Source: Promethearchaeota archaeon
Lineage (GTDB): Archaea > Asgardarchaeota > Lokiarchaeia > Sigyniarchaeales > SOKP01
DNA length: 64,000 nucleotides
Direction: 5' to 3'
Assembly: GCA_048940445.1 (NCBI GenBank)
Contig: JBHLON010000012.1
Coordinates: 1-64,000 of the forward strand
Under the pieces are notes generated by a model. That model was not told the origin of the DNA and ran no database searches. It was given only the letters and a program-made list of their open reading frames with translations. Made by a program: the position numbers and the translations under genes. This document shows, in pieces, positions 20,011 through 32,063 of this stretch (positions are counted from its first letter, which is position 1; every line of letters begins with the position of its first letter).

Positions 20011-22117
20011 GAAAATGATTATCGAATCAGTGAAAATAAAGAACATTAGAAGTATAGTAAAATTAAATAAAGATTTCCCTTCTTCTACAATTCTATTTTA
20101 TGGAGATATTGGGAGTGGTAAATCATCAGTTTTAAAAGCAATAGAATTTGGATTATTTGGAACTTTAACCGCAGCAGATTTAAGTGGTGATTCTCTATTA
20201 AGAAGAGGCGAAAATAGAGGTTCAGTGGAATTAACCTTTCTAATAGATGATAAGAAATATACAGTCAAGCGGAATTTGAAGAGAGTCATCAAGGACAAAA
20301 AATCAACTGTAAATCAAGAAGAAGGCTCATTTATTGAATATATAAATAGTACTCCCTCAGAAATTTCTTATGCAGCTACAGACCTAAGAAAAAAAGTATT
20401 AAACCTCCTAAATTATTCAATAACTCGTTATGAGAAGGCTCAAAAGATTCCTATTTTTCGTTATACAGTCTATACTCCACAAGAACAAGTTAAAGAAATA
20501 TTACAGGCAAAACCAGAAGAAAGATTTGAAATCTTAAAAGAAGTTTTTGGGATTGAAAAGTATGAAATTGCTCTTAAAAATGTAAGCGTTCTTAATGATT
20601 ATTTACATAATGAGGGAAAAGAAACGAAAATCAAGCTAGATATAATAGGGCAACCTGAGCTTTTAGTCCCTAAGAAACAGCAGGAAATTGAAGAAAAAAA
20701 AGAAAAAATTGAAAAATTCCGAATCTCTTTAAAAGAAAAAGAAAAAGAATTAGAAAGGGAAGAACTGAAAGATGAAAAAATACAGTCGGATTTAGATGAA
20801 TGCTCTAAAAAGTTAATTCAAATAGACAATTATCAAAAATTAGTTACAAATTCAGCAGATTCTAAGCAAAAAAGTGAGAACTCATTGGATATATTAATAA
20901 AAGAAATTTCAAATTCGGAAAAAATAATAAATGACTTGCCTCAAATAGAAATTGAAACAATTTTAACTGAAGAACAATTTGAAGCTCAGATTAAAAAGGC
21001 TCGTAAGGAATATTCTAAAATAGAGAAAGAGAAAGCAATTTTGGAGAAAAAAGTGGAAGATATTAACATTCTTTTAAAAGAAGGTAAGTGTTCTTTATGT
21101 GGACAAGAGATACATGAGCAAGAAAGATTTGATAAAGAATTAAAAGAGATAAATAAAAAAATTAAAAACTATTTAAAAGAGACTCAGGATTTGGAAGCTC
21201 AAATACTTAAATCCGAAATAAATTTAAAAAACTTAAGAGAATATAGCAAGGTTAGAACAAAGAAGGAAGCTCTATTGACTTTAATTGAGGAAAAAAGGAA
21301 AAGAGAAGGCGAACTAAAAAAAATCATTGATCAATGTAGTGAAACAATCGAAAAAAACCAAAAATTAATAGATGATGTTCTAAAGAAATATGATATAAAA
21401 AATTTAGAGAAGTTAAAAGAATTAGAAGCGAAATTAAAATCTAATATTGTAACCCAGAAGAATTTTATTAAAAAAATTAGGGCAGAAAAGACTGAATTTG
21501 AAAAAGGATTAGTTATTGAACAAACTAGTCTAAAATCACTAAATTCAGAATTAATCATATTAAAGGATAATCTTAAAAGTAAGGACATACTTCGAGAAAA
21601 ACTTGAGTATGTGACAGATTTAAAAAATTGGATTACAGATAAATTCCATATCCTTATAAGAGATATTGAGAGAGAGATAATATCTTCTAGTGCCCGCCAA
21701 TTTAATGAATATTTTAAAGAATGGTTTATAACTTTAGTAGAGGACCCAAATATTGAAGTAGAAATTCGATTAGATGATTTTGAGCCAATAATAACGGTGA
21801 ATGGATATGATTCACCATTTAATGATTTATCTGGTGGAGAAAAAAGTGCTTTATCTTTAGCATATAGACTCGCATTAAATAAGATAATCAATGAGAGATA
21901 TCAAGAGGTAAAAACCAAAGATTTATTAATTCTAGATGAACCTACTGATGGATTTAGCCAAGAGCAAATTAATAAAATGCAGGAAGTATTTGAGAAACTT
22001 GCTACTTCCCAAATGTTTATTATTTCTCATGATAGAAATCTTGATTCTTTTGTAACCGATATTTTCAATTTTACAAAAGAAAGACATCAAACCAGAGTTA
22101 CACAAGAACAAGTATGA
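19994..22117 (+). CDS. rad50: Rad50 ATPase (start probably ATG 20015)
   Basis: NIRS, Walker A GDIGSGKS, Q-loop YTPQ, central hook CSLC, LSGGE, LILDEPT, ISHD. Confidence 0.93.
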   Translation: MKKRNEKMIIESVKIKNIRSIVKLNKDFPSSTILFYGDIGSGKSSVLKAIEFGLFGTLTAADLSGDSLLRRGENRGSVELTFLIDDKKYTVKRNLKRVIKDKKSTVNQEEGSFIEYINSTPSEISYAATDLRKKVLNLLNYSITRYEKAQKIPIFRYTVYTPQEQVKEILQAKPEERFEILKEVFGIEKYEIALKNVSVLNDYLHNEGKETKIKLDIIGQPELLVPKKQQEIEEKKEKIEKFRISLKEKEKELEREELKDEKIQSDLDECSKKLIQIDNYQKLVTNSADSKQKSENSLDILIKEISNSEKIINDLPQIEIETILTEEQFEAQIKKARKEYSKIEKEKAILEKKVEDINILLKEGKCSLCGQEIHEQERFDKELKEINKKIKNYLKETQDLEAQILKSEINLKNLREYSKVRTKKEALLTLIEEKRKREGELKKIIDQCSETIEKNQKLIDDVLKKYDIKNLEKLKELEAKLKSNIVTQKNFIKKIRAEKTEFEKGLVIEQTSLKSLNSELIILKDNLKSKDILREKLEYVTDLKNWITDKFHILIRDIEREIISSSARQFNEYFKEWFITLVEDPNIEVEIRLDDFEPIITVNGYDSPFNDLSGGEKSALSLAYRLALNKIINERYQEVKTKDLLILDEPTDGFSQEQINKMQEVFEKLATSQMFIISHDRNLDSFVTDIFNFTKERHQTRVTQEQV

Positions 22118-22251
22118 TTTTCTATTAATTTTTAAATTACTTTATTTTTAAAGATATTTTCACAAATCTTTTACTCATTATATTTAAATACCCGAAGACT
22201 ATGATCTCCATAGAAATCTTTTGAAATTCAAAAATTGGGGATAATAAAAAT

Positions 22252-22773
22252 TTGAATGAATTTTGGGCTTATTTTATTTTTGTCGGGCTATTAGTGGCGG
22301 GAATATTTTTTTTAATTTATTTTCGTAAGAAAATATTTAAAAAGAAAAAAAAGGGTCAAGAAGAAAGAGTCTCAAATTATAAATGTCTAGATGGTCATTT
22401 TGTTAAATCTAGGGGTGAAATAATTATTGATAACTATCTATATATTTTAGGAATTAAGCATGAATATGAAAAGAAAATAAAAATTTTTAACCAAAAAGTT
22501 AAATCTGACTGGTTTTTACCCGATTTAGATGTTTACATAGAATATTGGGGTTTTCATGGAAAAAATTATTTAAAAAGAAAGAAAGAGAAAATTAAATTCT
22601 ATAAAAAAGCGAAGTTAAAACTGATCTCTATTGAAAATTATATGTTTTCGGATATATATTTTTATTTAAATAAAAAGCTGAAGCCTTTCATTGATATAGA
22701 GAAAATAGAACCCTTATTATTTACAAAAAAGTACTGTTCAAATTGTGGAATTGCTCTAGATGAAAGATTTTAA
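22252..22773 (+). CDS. Membrane-anchored PD-(D/E)XK-type nuclease domain protein
   Basis: N-terminal TM plus basic run; DGHFVKSRGEIIIDNYL, YE, SDWFL, YIEYWG. Confidence 0.7.
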   Translation: MNEFWAYFIFVGLLVAGIFFLIYFRKKIFKKKKKGQEERVSNYKCLDGHFVKSRGEIIIDNYLYILGIKHEYEKKIKIFNQKVKSDWFLPDLDVYIEYWGFHGKNYLKRKKEKIKFYKKAKLKLISIENYMFSDIYFYLNKKLKPFIDIEKIEPLLFTKKYCSNCGIALDERF

Positions 22774-22777
22774 GTTA

Positions 22778-23962
22778 TTATTTTAAGAATTCCTCTAAAT
22801 AATTAAATGTTTTTTCAAGCATTTCTAGATTAGGTAGGAAAGTTAATCTAATATGTCCTTTACCATATTCTCCAAATCCAGAACCAAAAACAGTGCATAC
22901 GCCCTTTTCCTTAAGAAAATTAATCGCAAAATCTTTATCATCTTTCCATTTGGAGAATTCTTGAAATTCTATTTTCGGAAATAAGTAAAAGGCCCCACTA
23001 GCATTTACGCAACTAATTCCTTCAATTTGTTTTAATCGCTTATAAGAATAATCACGTCTTTCTCTTAACTTTTTTACCATTTCTTTTGTATGGTCGCTTT
23101 TAGTTTTAAAAATTTCAACTGCTGCATATTGAGCAATGGTACTAGCAGATAGACGAGCTCTGGCCATTTTTGCAATACTTTCTTTTAATTCTGTTAATTT
23201 CTGTTCTGGATCATGGTAATATAAATAACCAAGCCTCCACCCTGTCATTAGATGTGCTTTTGAAAACCCATTCATCCCAATAATTGGTACATCCTTACTA
23301 AGACTTGCTGGAGATACAAAATCTCTTTCGTAAGTAATTTGATCATAAATCTCATCTGATAATATTGGTAAGTTATACTCTCCTGCTAAGTTAATGATTT
23401 GTTTGATTTTCTTTTCACTATATAACACGCCCGTAGGATTATTTGGAGAACAAATTAAAATACCTTTAGTTTTTACCGTGATTTTTTTTCTCAAATCATC
23501 GATATTAGGATCCCAATCATCATTCTCGTTTAATTCATATTCTACTGGAATTCCATCATAAAATCGTGTATTATTAATATAGAGCGGATAAGTAGGACCA
23601 GGGATAAGAAATTCATCACTTTTTTCAACAAGTGCTGCTAAAAGGAAATAAATTGCTTCAGTTACACCAGTTGTAATTATAATATCTCTAGAATTTACAT
23701 TTAGTTTATATCTTTCTTTCATAAAATTACTAAGTTCTTCTCTTAACTCTAGAATTCCTAAAGAATCAGCATAATAATTCTTTCCACTAAGGCTAGCATT
23801 TGCTAGTGCTTTAGAAATAAATTCAGGTGTTTGAAAATCAAATATGGCAGGATCTCCAATATTCAAAGAAATGACCTCTTTTCCAGACTTTTTAACTTCA
23901 TCTGCGATAATTGCAATATCTCTTATTGCATATTCTATATCCTTAACTCTACGTGAGACCAT
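22778..23962 (-). CDS. Class I/II PLP aminotransferase (alanine aminotransferase-like)
   Basis: YAIRD, LNIGDP, PNNPTG, SDEIY, NGFSK...TGWRLG. Confidence 0.92.
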   Translation of the reverse strand: MVSRRVKDIEYAIRDIAIIADEVKKSGKEVISLNIGDPAIFDFQTPEFISKALANASLSGKNYYADSLGILELREELSNFMKERYKLNVNSRDIIITTGVTEAIYFLLAALVEKSDEFLIPGPTYPLYINNTRFYDGIPVEYELNENDDWDPNIDDLRKKITVKTKGILICSPNNPTGVLYSEKKIKQIINLAGEYNLPILSDEIYDQITYERDFVSPASLSKDVPIIGMNGFSKAHLMTGWRLGYLYYHDPEQKLTELKESIAKMARARLSASTIAQYAAVEIFKTKSDHTKEMVKKLRERRDYSYKRLKQIEGISCVNASGAFYLFPKIEFQEFSKWKDDKDFAINFLKEKGVCTVFGSGFGEYGKGHIRLTFLPNLEMLEKTFNYLEEFLK

Positions 23963-24057
23963 CGAATATCACTTAATATAATAAAAACTACTTTACAGTT
24001 AATATTTTCTAAAACTAAATAAGTTTATTATTAGAAAAAAGAGAGATTAAAAATTAA

Positions 24058-24342
24058 TTAATGAAGCTCTAATTTAAGATTATCTATTAGAGATGCTAAA
24101 TATTGAGCCTTGAATGATTCTTTATCTTCTATTTCATCATAAACTCTCATATATTCATTTAGTTCTTCTTGTTTTTCAATAAATTCTAATTCAAGATATC
24201 CTGTGGATAATTCAATAAAAAATTGTTCGCAAGAATCATCCAAATCTTTTTGTTCAACTTTATCTAAACTCTTTACAACAATTTCCATTAAAATCACATC
24301 CATTTTAGAAAGTAATTTTGTTTTATCCAAGTAAATAACCAT
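24058..24342 (-). CDS. Small acidic helical-hairpin protein homologous to part of the 28572-29189 protein
   Basis: GYLELEFIEKQEELNEYMRVYDEIEDKESFKAQYLASLIDNL aligns without gaps to GYLYQEIVEKQQLQTELFEEYEKMNDKESYKGLSLKNWIDML. Confidence 0.75.
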   Translation of the reverse strand: MVIYLDKTKLLSKMDVILMEIVVKSLDKVEQKDLDDSCEQFFIELSTGYLELEFIEKQEELNEYMRVYDEIEDKESFKAQYLASLIDNLKLELH

Positions 24343-24451
24343 TCTCTCTAAATTTAAAAAATTTGATAAGAAGATTTTTTATTATTTTGATAAATTTTTT
24401 TATCAAAATTAGTTCTTAATAATTTTTTTTAAAAGTAAAATAAGAACAGTA

Positions 24452-26761
<2,310 letters not shown>

Positions 26762-26789
26762 TTAATTGTTTTAAATTATAATTTTGACT

Positions 26790-27785
26790 TTACTTTTTAA
26801 GTATCTCTGTAGCTATTTTAAAAGCATAATTATAATCAAATACCTTTAATCCCTTTGTTTTTGAGGCTTCTTTTAAGATTTGGCTCTCTGAATTTGCTTT
26901 CAAGGCGCCTAATGCCAGCGCACCTATACAAAATATTCCAGGATAAACCTCATCGTTTTTATGTTTAGGCCTTACACCTTCAATACCATAAGGAGGAACT
27001 AAATTAATATCAACTACAATTTTTTTACCAGATAATTTTTGCATCAAATCTGCATTTAATATTTCAACACCAGCAGCAGCAAGAGACCAAATAACAAGGG
27101 CATCTTTCGCCGCTTCAAATCTTTGTTCTGGTTCTGGTGCAAACACTCCATGAATTTTTGTTGCTTCTTTCCCAGCTTCTGCAGTAAGTTCGTTTGCTAG
27201 CGTATTCACAAAATCCTTATTTGATTTTTCCCACGTTTCTACTATGTATGTTTTACAGCCTATCTTGGCTGCTAAAATTGCTGCAATTCTTCCAACTGGT
27301 CCTGCCCCAAAAATCACTATTTTTTTATCTTTTAAACTTTTTATTCCATGTTTTCTATTAGCGATATCTATGGTCATAGCCACAACCGCGGAAGCTGTAG
27401 TATGAGAACCTCTAGGATCAATAATAATTGGGCATTCAAAAGGAGGCACTAATGAGTCTTTTACAGTTTTAGCAATTTTTTCCCCTTCTTTAACATCTGA
27501 CCCTCCAATAAAGAAAGCGGTGGGAGCATTGGGTTTTCTAGAAAATATTGCATCCTGTACAAGCTTGGGAACATAATCTGCTTTCATTTTACTCAACGGT
27601 ATAACAATATCAAAACCAGCATCGTATGCCATATTTATATCAAAAGGAGAAGCATTCTCATCTGTATCGAAAAAATAGCATATTTTATCAGATGTATCTT
27701 GTTTTTTAATAATAATTGGAGCTAATTCTATAATAGATTTTTTTCCTAAAATACTTTCAGCACTTCTATCAACCATTTTCATCAA
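26790..27785 (-). CDS. NAD(P)-dependent methylene-H4MPT/H4F dehydrogenase, MtdA/MtdB family
   Basis: SPFDINMAYDAG, QDAIFSR, FIGG, DP.GS.TTA.A, GAGPVG, DINLVPPYGIEGV, GALALG.LK. Confidence 0.85.
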   Translation of the reverse strand: MMKMVDRSAESILGKKSIIELAPIIIKKQDTSDKICYFFDTDENASPFDINMAYDAGFDIVIPLSKMKADYVPKLVQDAIFSRKPNAPTAFFIGGSDVKEGEKIAKTVKDSLVPPFECPIIIDPRGSHTTASAVVAMTIDIANRKHGIKSLKDKKIVIFGAGPVGRIAAILAAKIGCKTYIVETWEKSNKDFVNTLANELTAEAGKEATKIHGVFAPEPEQRFEAAKDALVIWSLAAAGVEILNADLMQKLSGKKIVVDINLVPPYGIEGVRPKHKNDEVYPGIFCIGALALGALKANSESQILKEASKTKGLKVFDYNYAFKIATEILKK

Positions 27786-27822
27786 CTTTTTCTTATTAAT
27801 TTAAAATAAATCTTAAAAAAAT

Positions 27823-28554
27823 TTATTTAGAGATGTCAATTTCAACATCTTTTTCGAGATCTTTTTCAATTTCTTCAGTTCTAATGGTTCTCTTGATCTT
27901 AATTTGTTCCGTTTCAATACCTAATTCTTCTGATAATTTTTCAATCCCATTAAAGTGTCGAAGATCACAGATAAACATCCCTTTCAATTTTTTACCACTT
28001 TTTTCCTTTGCAAGATTTAATACATTCATCATCATCCAGGCTTCTCTTACTTTATACCTTATATCATCCTCTTGATTATCATAATCCTTCTGTAAATATT
28101 CTTTCCATAATATTAACTGTTGAAATAATTCATCATTTTCAGGAACTTTTCCTTGTTTTTTAATTATTTCTCTAATTTTTAATTCAAGATTTTTAATTGT
28201 AGATCTATGTTCGTCTAAGGCTGAAGAAAGATATAATTCAGCATTTTCTGCTATATCAGCACGTTTGAAAGAAATATTTCGTTTCTCAAATAGTTTTTTC
28301 AAAGGATCATTTGGGTCATTTACATTATTCCAAAAATTTGGTCTCTCTTCTACTGCAAAATCTGGTTTATACTTCTCAATCAATGAATCAACTAATTGAA
28401 GATATTCTTTTGAAATTAAGTGAAGATTCCATATAAGATCTTCTTTAATCTCATTAGGTACTTCAAACCACCAGTCTATTGGGAATTCACTTTCAATCAT
28501 TACTAATTTTAAATATTTTTCTTTTAAAGGTTTTAATTCTAACACTTCTGGCAT
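27823..28554 (-). CDS. Hypothetical protein, probable TraB/Tiki(EreA)-like alpha/beta fold with helical-hairpin insert
   Basis: KPDFAVEE, ADI, VREAWM...KGMFICDLRHFNGIEKL echoes the TraB R..xM...VVGAGH..GI pattern; paralogue of the upstream gene. Confidence 0.6.
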   Translation of the reverse strand: MPEVLELKPLKEKYLKLVMIESEFPIDWWFEVPNEIKEDLIWNLHLISKEYLQLVDSLIEKYKPDFAVEERPNFWNNVNDPNDPLKKLFEKRNISFKRADIAENAELYLSSALDEHRSTIKNLELKIREIIKKQGKVPENDELFQQLILWKEYLQKDYDNQEDDIRYKVREAWMMMNVLNLAKEKSGKKLKGMFICDLRHFNGIEKLSEELGIETEQIKIKRTIRTEEIEKDLEKDVEIDISK

Positions 28555-28571
28555 TTATTATCTCCTCTTTC

Positions 28572-29189
28572 TTAAAATATTATATTTTGTATTGTATGTT
28601 TTTTATTATAGGAAATTACTTTTACACCTAATTCCCTCAAATTACTGGTAACTTCAGGGCAAATATCTTCACAAATATCTTCTTGAACAAAATGCACAAA
28701 CACAATTATATTTTTTTCGTAGTTGGATACTAAATCTAACATTTTCTTAACAATCCATTGAGGTCTCAATTTTAGACTTAGAAATATTTCTTTTTCCTGA
28801 ATCTCTTCTCCTAACATGTCAATCCAATTCTTTAAACTGAGTCCTTTATAGGATTCTTTGTCGTTCATTTTTTCATATTCTTCAAATAATTCTGTTTGTA
28901 ATTGTTGTTTTTCAACAATTTCTTGATATAGATAACCCATCGCATAATCTGGAATATCAACTTGAAAATAGGGGATTTTTAGTTCATTTAATGTTAGAGC
29001 AAATGGTGTTTTACTAAATTCTTTCATATTAACCTGAAAATCTACCGTTACAAAATCAACGTTGTTCTTTTTTAAAAATTCTCTTAACTTAGACGTGTCT
29101 TTATTTTGAAAATACTTCGCATTTTCTTTTGAGGAAATATAGGCAACAATTTTTCTATTTTTTATAGGCTTTAATTCCAAAACTTCCAC
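28572..29189 (-). CDS. Hypothetical protein, degenerate paralogue of 27823-28554; start revised to GTG 29189
   Basis: GAGGTG RBS 9 nt before GTG; N-terminus MEVLELKPIK matches MPEVLELKPLK; shared DF, P...L....I.....DI...A..YL, K.R..W, ELG. Confidence 0.65.
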   Translation of the reverse strand: MEVLELKPIKNRKIVAYISSKENAKYFQNKDTSKLREFLKKNNVDFVTVDFQVNMKEFSKTPFALTLNELKIPYFQVDIPDYAMGYLYQEIVEKQQLQTELFEEYEKMNDKESYKGLSLKNWIDMLGEEIQEKEIFLSLKLRPQWIVKKMLDLVSNYEKNIIVFVHFVQEDICEDICPEVTSNLRELGVKVISYNKKHTIQNIIF

Positions 29190-29257
29190 TTTATGAAACA
29201 CCTCTTCATAAACCATATCGTAGTAATCTAAGATCTTAATCAAATTGTTAGAATAAA

Positions 29258-29345
29258 AAGAGTTTGACAAGAAAATTTTCTTATAATTTGATAATTTTTT
29301 TAGTCAAGAACTCTTCAAACAAAATTTTTGTTGTTATATATAAAA
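29258..29345. promoter_or_regulatory. Part of a divergent promoter region with palindromes and a TATA-like box
   Basis: AAGAAAATTTTCTT (29269-29282) and AACAAAA-T-TTTTGTT (29318-29332) palindromes, the second beside TTATATATAAAA; the AT-rich background lowers significance. Confidence 0.35.
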
Positions 29346-29516
29346 TCGATAATTCTATGACTAATATCGCCATTTTATATAATGAAGAGGAAAAGTCTAA
29401 TGATCAAATCCTAACAAAGTTTAAATAGATCGATAACTATCATTATCATGAAGAGAAATAAAATTGTCAAATTTGAAAATTAACAAAAATAATAATCAAA
29501 TAAAGAGGGGAAGTAA

Positions 29517-32063
29517 ATAGATATATACAACATCTTATCCCATCCTGTCCGAAGGAAAATTTTATTATTATTAGAAAAAGAAGGGTTTATCCCATATACA
29601 GAGCTAATGGAAAAAATGGGGATAGATCAAACGGGTCAATTAAATTTCCATCTAAAGAAGTTAGGGTCCTTAATAAATAAAGATAAAAAATCTTACTTTT
29701 TAACTGAAGATGGCAAAAGAATTTTAAGGATTATGAATGTAAGTAAACGCATCTTAGCAGGTGAAGAGATAGAATACTTAGATAAAAAAGGAAGCGAAAT
29801 CAATCGCGTAGGAGTGATCTTATGCAGTTGTAACACTGAAATTTCTAATATAATAAATATTAATGCCTTGGAAAGTCAAATTGAGAATTTAGATGGTGTA
29901 GTTTCAGTAAAGGTTTTTGATAATTTATGTCAAGAAAAAAATTTGAATAAAATAACAAATTGGATAAAGGAGAACTTTTTAAACAAAGTAGTTATAGCAG
30001 CTTGTTCACCTAAAACACATCAGCACATTTTTGAGCGGATTTTTAAAAATGTAATTGATAGTGCTAATATTGAAATAGCCAATATTAGAGAGCAATGTTG
30101 TTGGGTTCATCATTCAAATAATCAGCAATTTGATCCTTTATTGGCGTTAAAAAAGGCGAATTTGTTAATTGAAGCTGCAGTCGAACGCGTGAGACTTCAA
30201 AAAGAAGTTAAAATAAAAACAGTAGAAGTTGAAAAAAGTTGTGCTATTTTAGGAGGCGGTATTGCCGGTATGACATTAGCCTTAAATCTTTCCCGGGCAG
30301 GGATTAAAGTATATTTAATTGAAAAATCACCTACACTAGGCGGGAAAGTAGCCAGATGGCATCGTATTTCTAACATGGGTGACTGTTCTATATGCTTTAT
30401 TTCTGAATTAATTGGTGAAATAGTAAAAGAAAAAAATATCGAAATTTTAACTAATACTGAAATAGAAACGGTTTCTGGAGAGGTAGGAAATTTTACTTTA
30501 GATTTAATCAAGAAACCGAGATTTGTAGATGAGAAAAAATGTACCGGCTGTAAACAATGTATAAATGTATGTGGGAAAGAAAAAAGAAATCAATACGAAT
30601 TTGATTTAACCTCTCGAAAAATAATATATATCCCCTTCCAGAATTCATATCCATATGTTCCTCTAATTGACGAGGAAGATATTAATGATTGTTTAAATTG
30701 TAGAATATGTGAACGAGTTTGTATTAATAAAGCAATAAACCTAAACGAAAAAGTTGAAAAAATTCGAATTAAAGTTGGAGCGAAAGTTATTGCAATAGGT
30801 GCTGACCTTTATTCGAATTTAACAAAATATTTATATAATCCTCAAAAAGATATTATCACTTCCTCTGAATTTGAGAGAATTTTATCTTCAGATGGTATTA
30901 CAGAAGGAAAATTAGTGAGATTATCTGATAAGAAACTGATAAATTCCGTTTCAATTGTTCAAGAAGTTGGTCCATCTAAATATCTAGCAGAATATTCAGA
31001 AATTTTAGCGCAAAAATATATAGAGGATATTAAAATAAGAAGCCCTGACTGTGAAGTAAACGTTTTTTATGATTTAAGTAAATTAAAAAATAAAAATGAA
31101 ATTTTACTGCGATCAACTAATCCAAGATTTCTCTATGCTAATAATGTTACCATTGAAACTAATGGTACAATGAACTATGTTGTTGCCGATAATATTGAAT
31201 TTCCGAGCGATCTGATAGTTTTAAATCTTAAGTATATTCCTAATAAAGATCTAAAAGTTTTACGGAGGTTCATGGATTTTACATTGAACGATTTCGGTTT
31301 TATGAGCGAGGAAACACTAGCATCAGGTATTTATGGAATTGGAACAATATTTGGCCCTTTAAACTACCAATCGACTCTTTCTACTGCAAATATCGTAGCG
31401 CTAAAAGTCATTTCTCTCCTCTCAAATGATTATTTATTAGCTGAATTTACTGGAATTGAAATTAATGAAGAAAAATGTGGTTTATGCGGTTTATGTGAAA
31501 AAGCATGTCCTTATAATGCGATAACGATTGAATCAAATAAGATTAATATTGATAAATTTAAATGTAAAGGTTGTGGTACATGCGCAAGTGTATGTTCTAC
31601 TAACGCTATTGAAATGAATATAGATACTTCAGAAAAGATTTTAAAAACTATCGAGGTTTATTCAAAATTTAGTAAAAGTCCTAAAATTATCGCTTTTTGT
31701 TGTTATTCTTGCGGTTATGCTGCTGCTGATGATGCAGGTCTTAAAAAGGAGTTATATCAACCAAATATTTTCGTTATACGTATTCCATGTACGGGAAGAT
31801 TGGATACTGAATTCATATTTAAATCATTTGAAGCAGGATTTGATGGAGTAATGGTGATAGGATGCAGGAAAGATGCTTGTAGATATATTGATGGAATTGA
31901 AAAGGCACAAAAAAAAATATCACTCATTAAAAAGATATTAAATCCAAAATATAGCAACCGAATTATATTTAAAAACTTAAATGCTGTAGAGGGTCATAAA
32001 TTTGCAGAAATTGCGAATAAATTTTATAATATTTTAAAGGAGGGGGCTATAAATCAAACTTAA
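29517..32063 (+). CDS. hdrA: Fusion protein: ArsR-type winged HTH + degenerate HdrA + MvhD; start extended to ATA 29517
   Basis: MDIYNILSHPVRRKILLLL...YTELMEKMGI.QTGQLNFHLKKL...YFLTEDGK (wHTH); VGVILCSC, AACSP, ANIREQCCWVH, GGGIAG, four CxxCxxC...C motifs, FER; C-terminal FCCYSCGYAAAD..G, PCTGR, GFDGV...GC...C.Y (MvhD). Confidence 0.9.
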   Translation: MDIYNILSHPVRRKILLLLEKEGFIPYTELMEKMGIDQTGQLNFHLKKLGSLINKDKKSYFLTEDGKRILRIMNVSKRILAGEEIEYLDKKGSEINRVGVILCSCNTEISNIININALESQIENLDGVVSVKVFDNLCQEKNLNKITNWIKENFLNKVVIAACSPKTHQHIFERIFKNVIDSANIEIANIREQCCWVHHSNNQQFDPLLALKKANLLIEAAVERVRLQKEVKIKTVEVEKSCAILGGGIAGMTLALNLSRAGIKVYLIEKSPTLGGKVARWHRISNMGDCSICFISELIGEIVKEKNIEILTNTEIETVSGEVGNFTLDLIKKPRFVDEKKCTGCKQCINVCGKEKRNQYEFDLTSRKIIYIPFQNSYPYVPLIDEEDINDCLNCRICERVCINKAINLNEKVEKIRIKVGAKVIAIGADLYSNLTKYLYNPQKDIITSSEFERILSSDGITEGKLVRLSDKKLINSVSIVQEVGPSKYLAEYSEILAQKYIEDIKIRSPDCEVNVFYDLSKLKNKNEILLRSTNPRFLYANNVTIETNGTMNYVVADNIEFPSDLIVLNLKYIPNKDLKVLRRFMDFTLNDFGFMSEETLASGIYGIGTIFGPLNYQSTLSTANIVALKVISLLSNDYLLAEFTGIEINEEKCGLCGLCEKACPYNAITIESNKINIDKFKCKGCGTCASVCSTNAIEMNIDTSEKILKTIEVYSKFSKSPKIIAFCCYSCGYAAADDAGLKKELYQPNIFVIRIPCTGRLDTEFIFKSFEAGFDGVMVIGCRKDACRYIDGIEKAQKKISLIKKILNPKYSNRIIFKNLNAVEGHKFAEIANKFYNILKEGAINQT

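Noticed and set aside
32050-32063. Programmed frameshift fusing MvhD to MvhG
   Set aside because: No convincing slippery site; a strong RBS before ATC explains the 11-nt overlap more simply.
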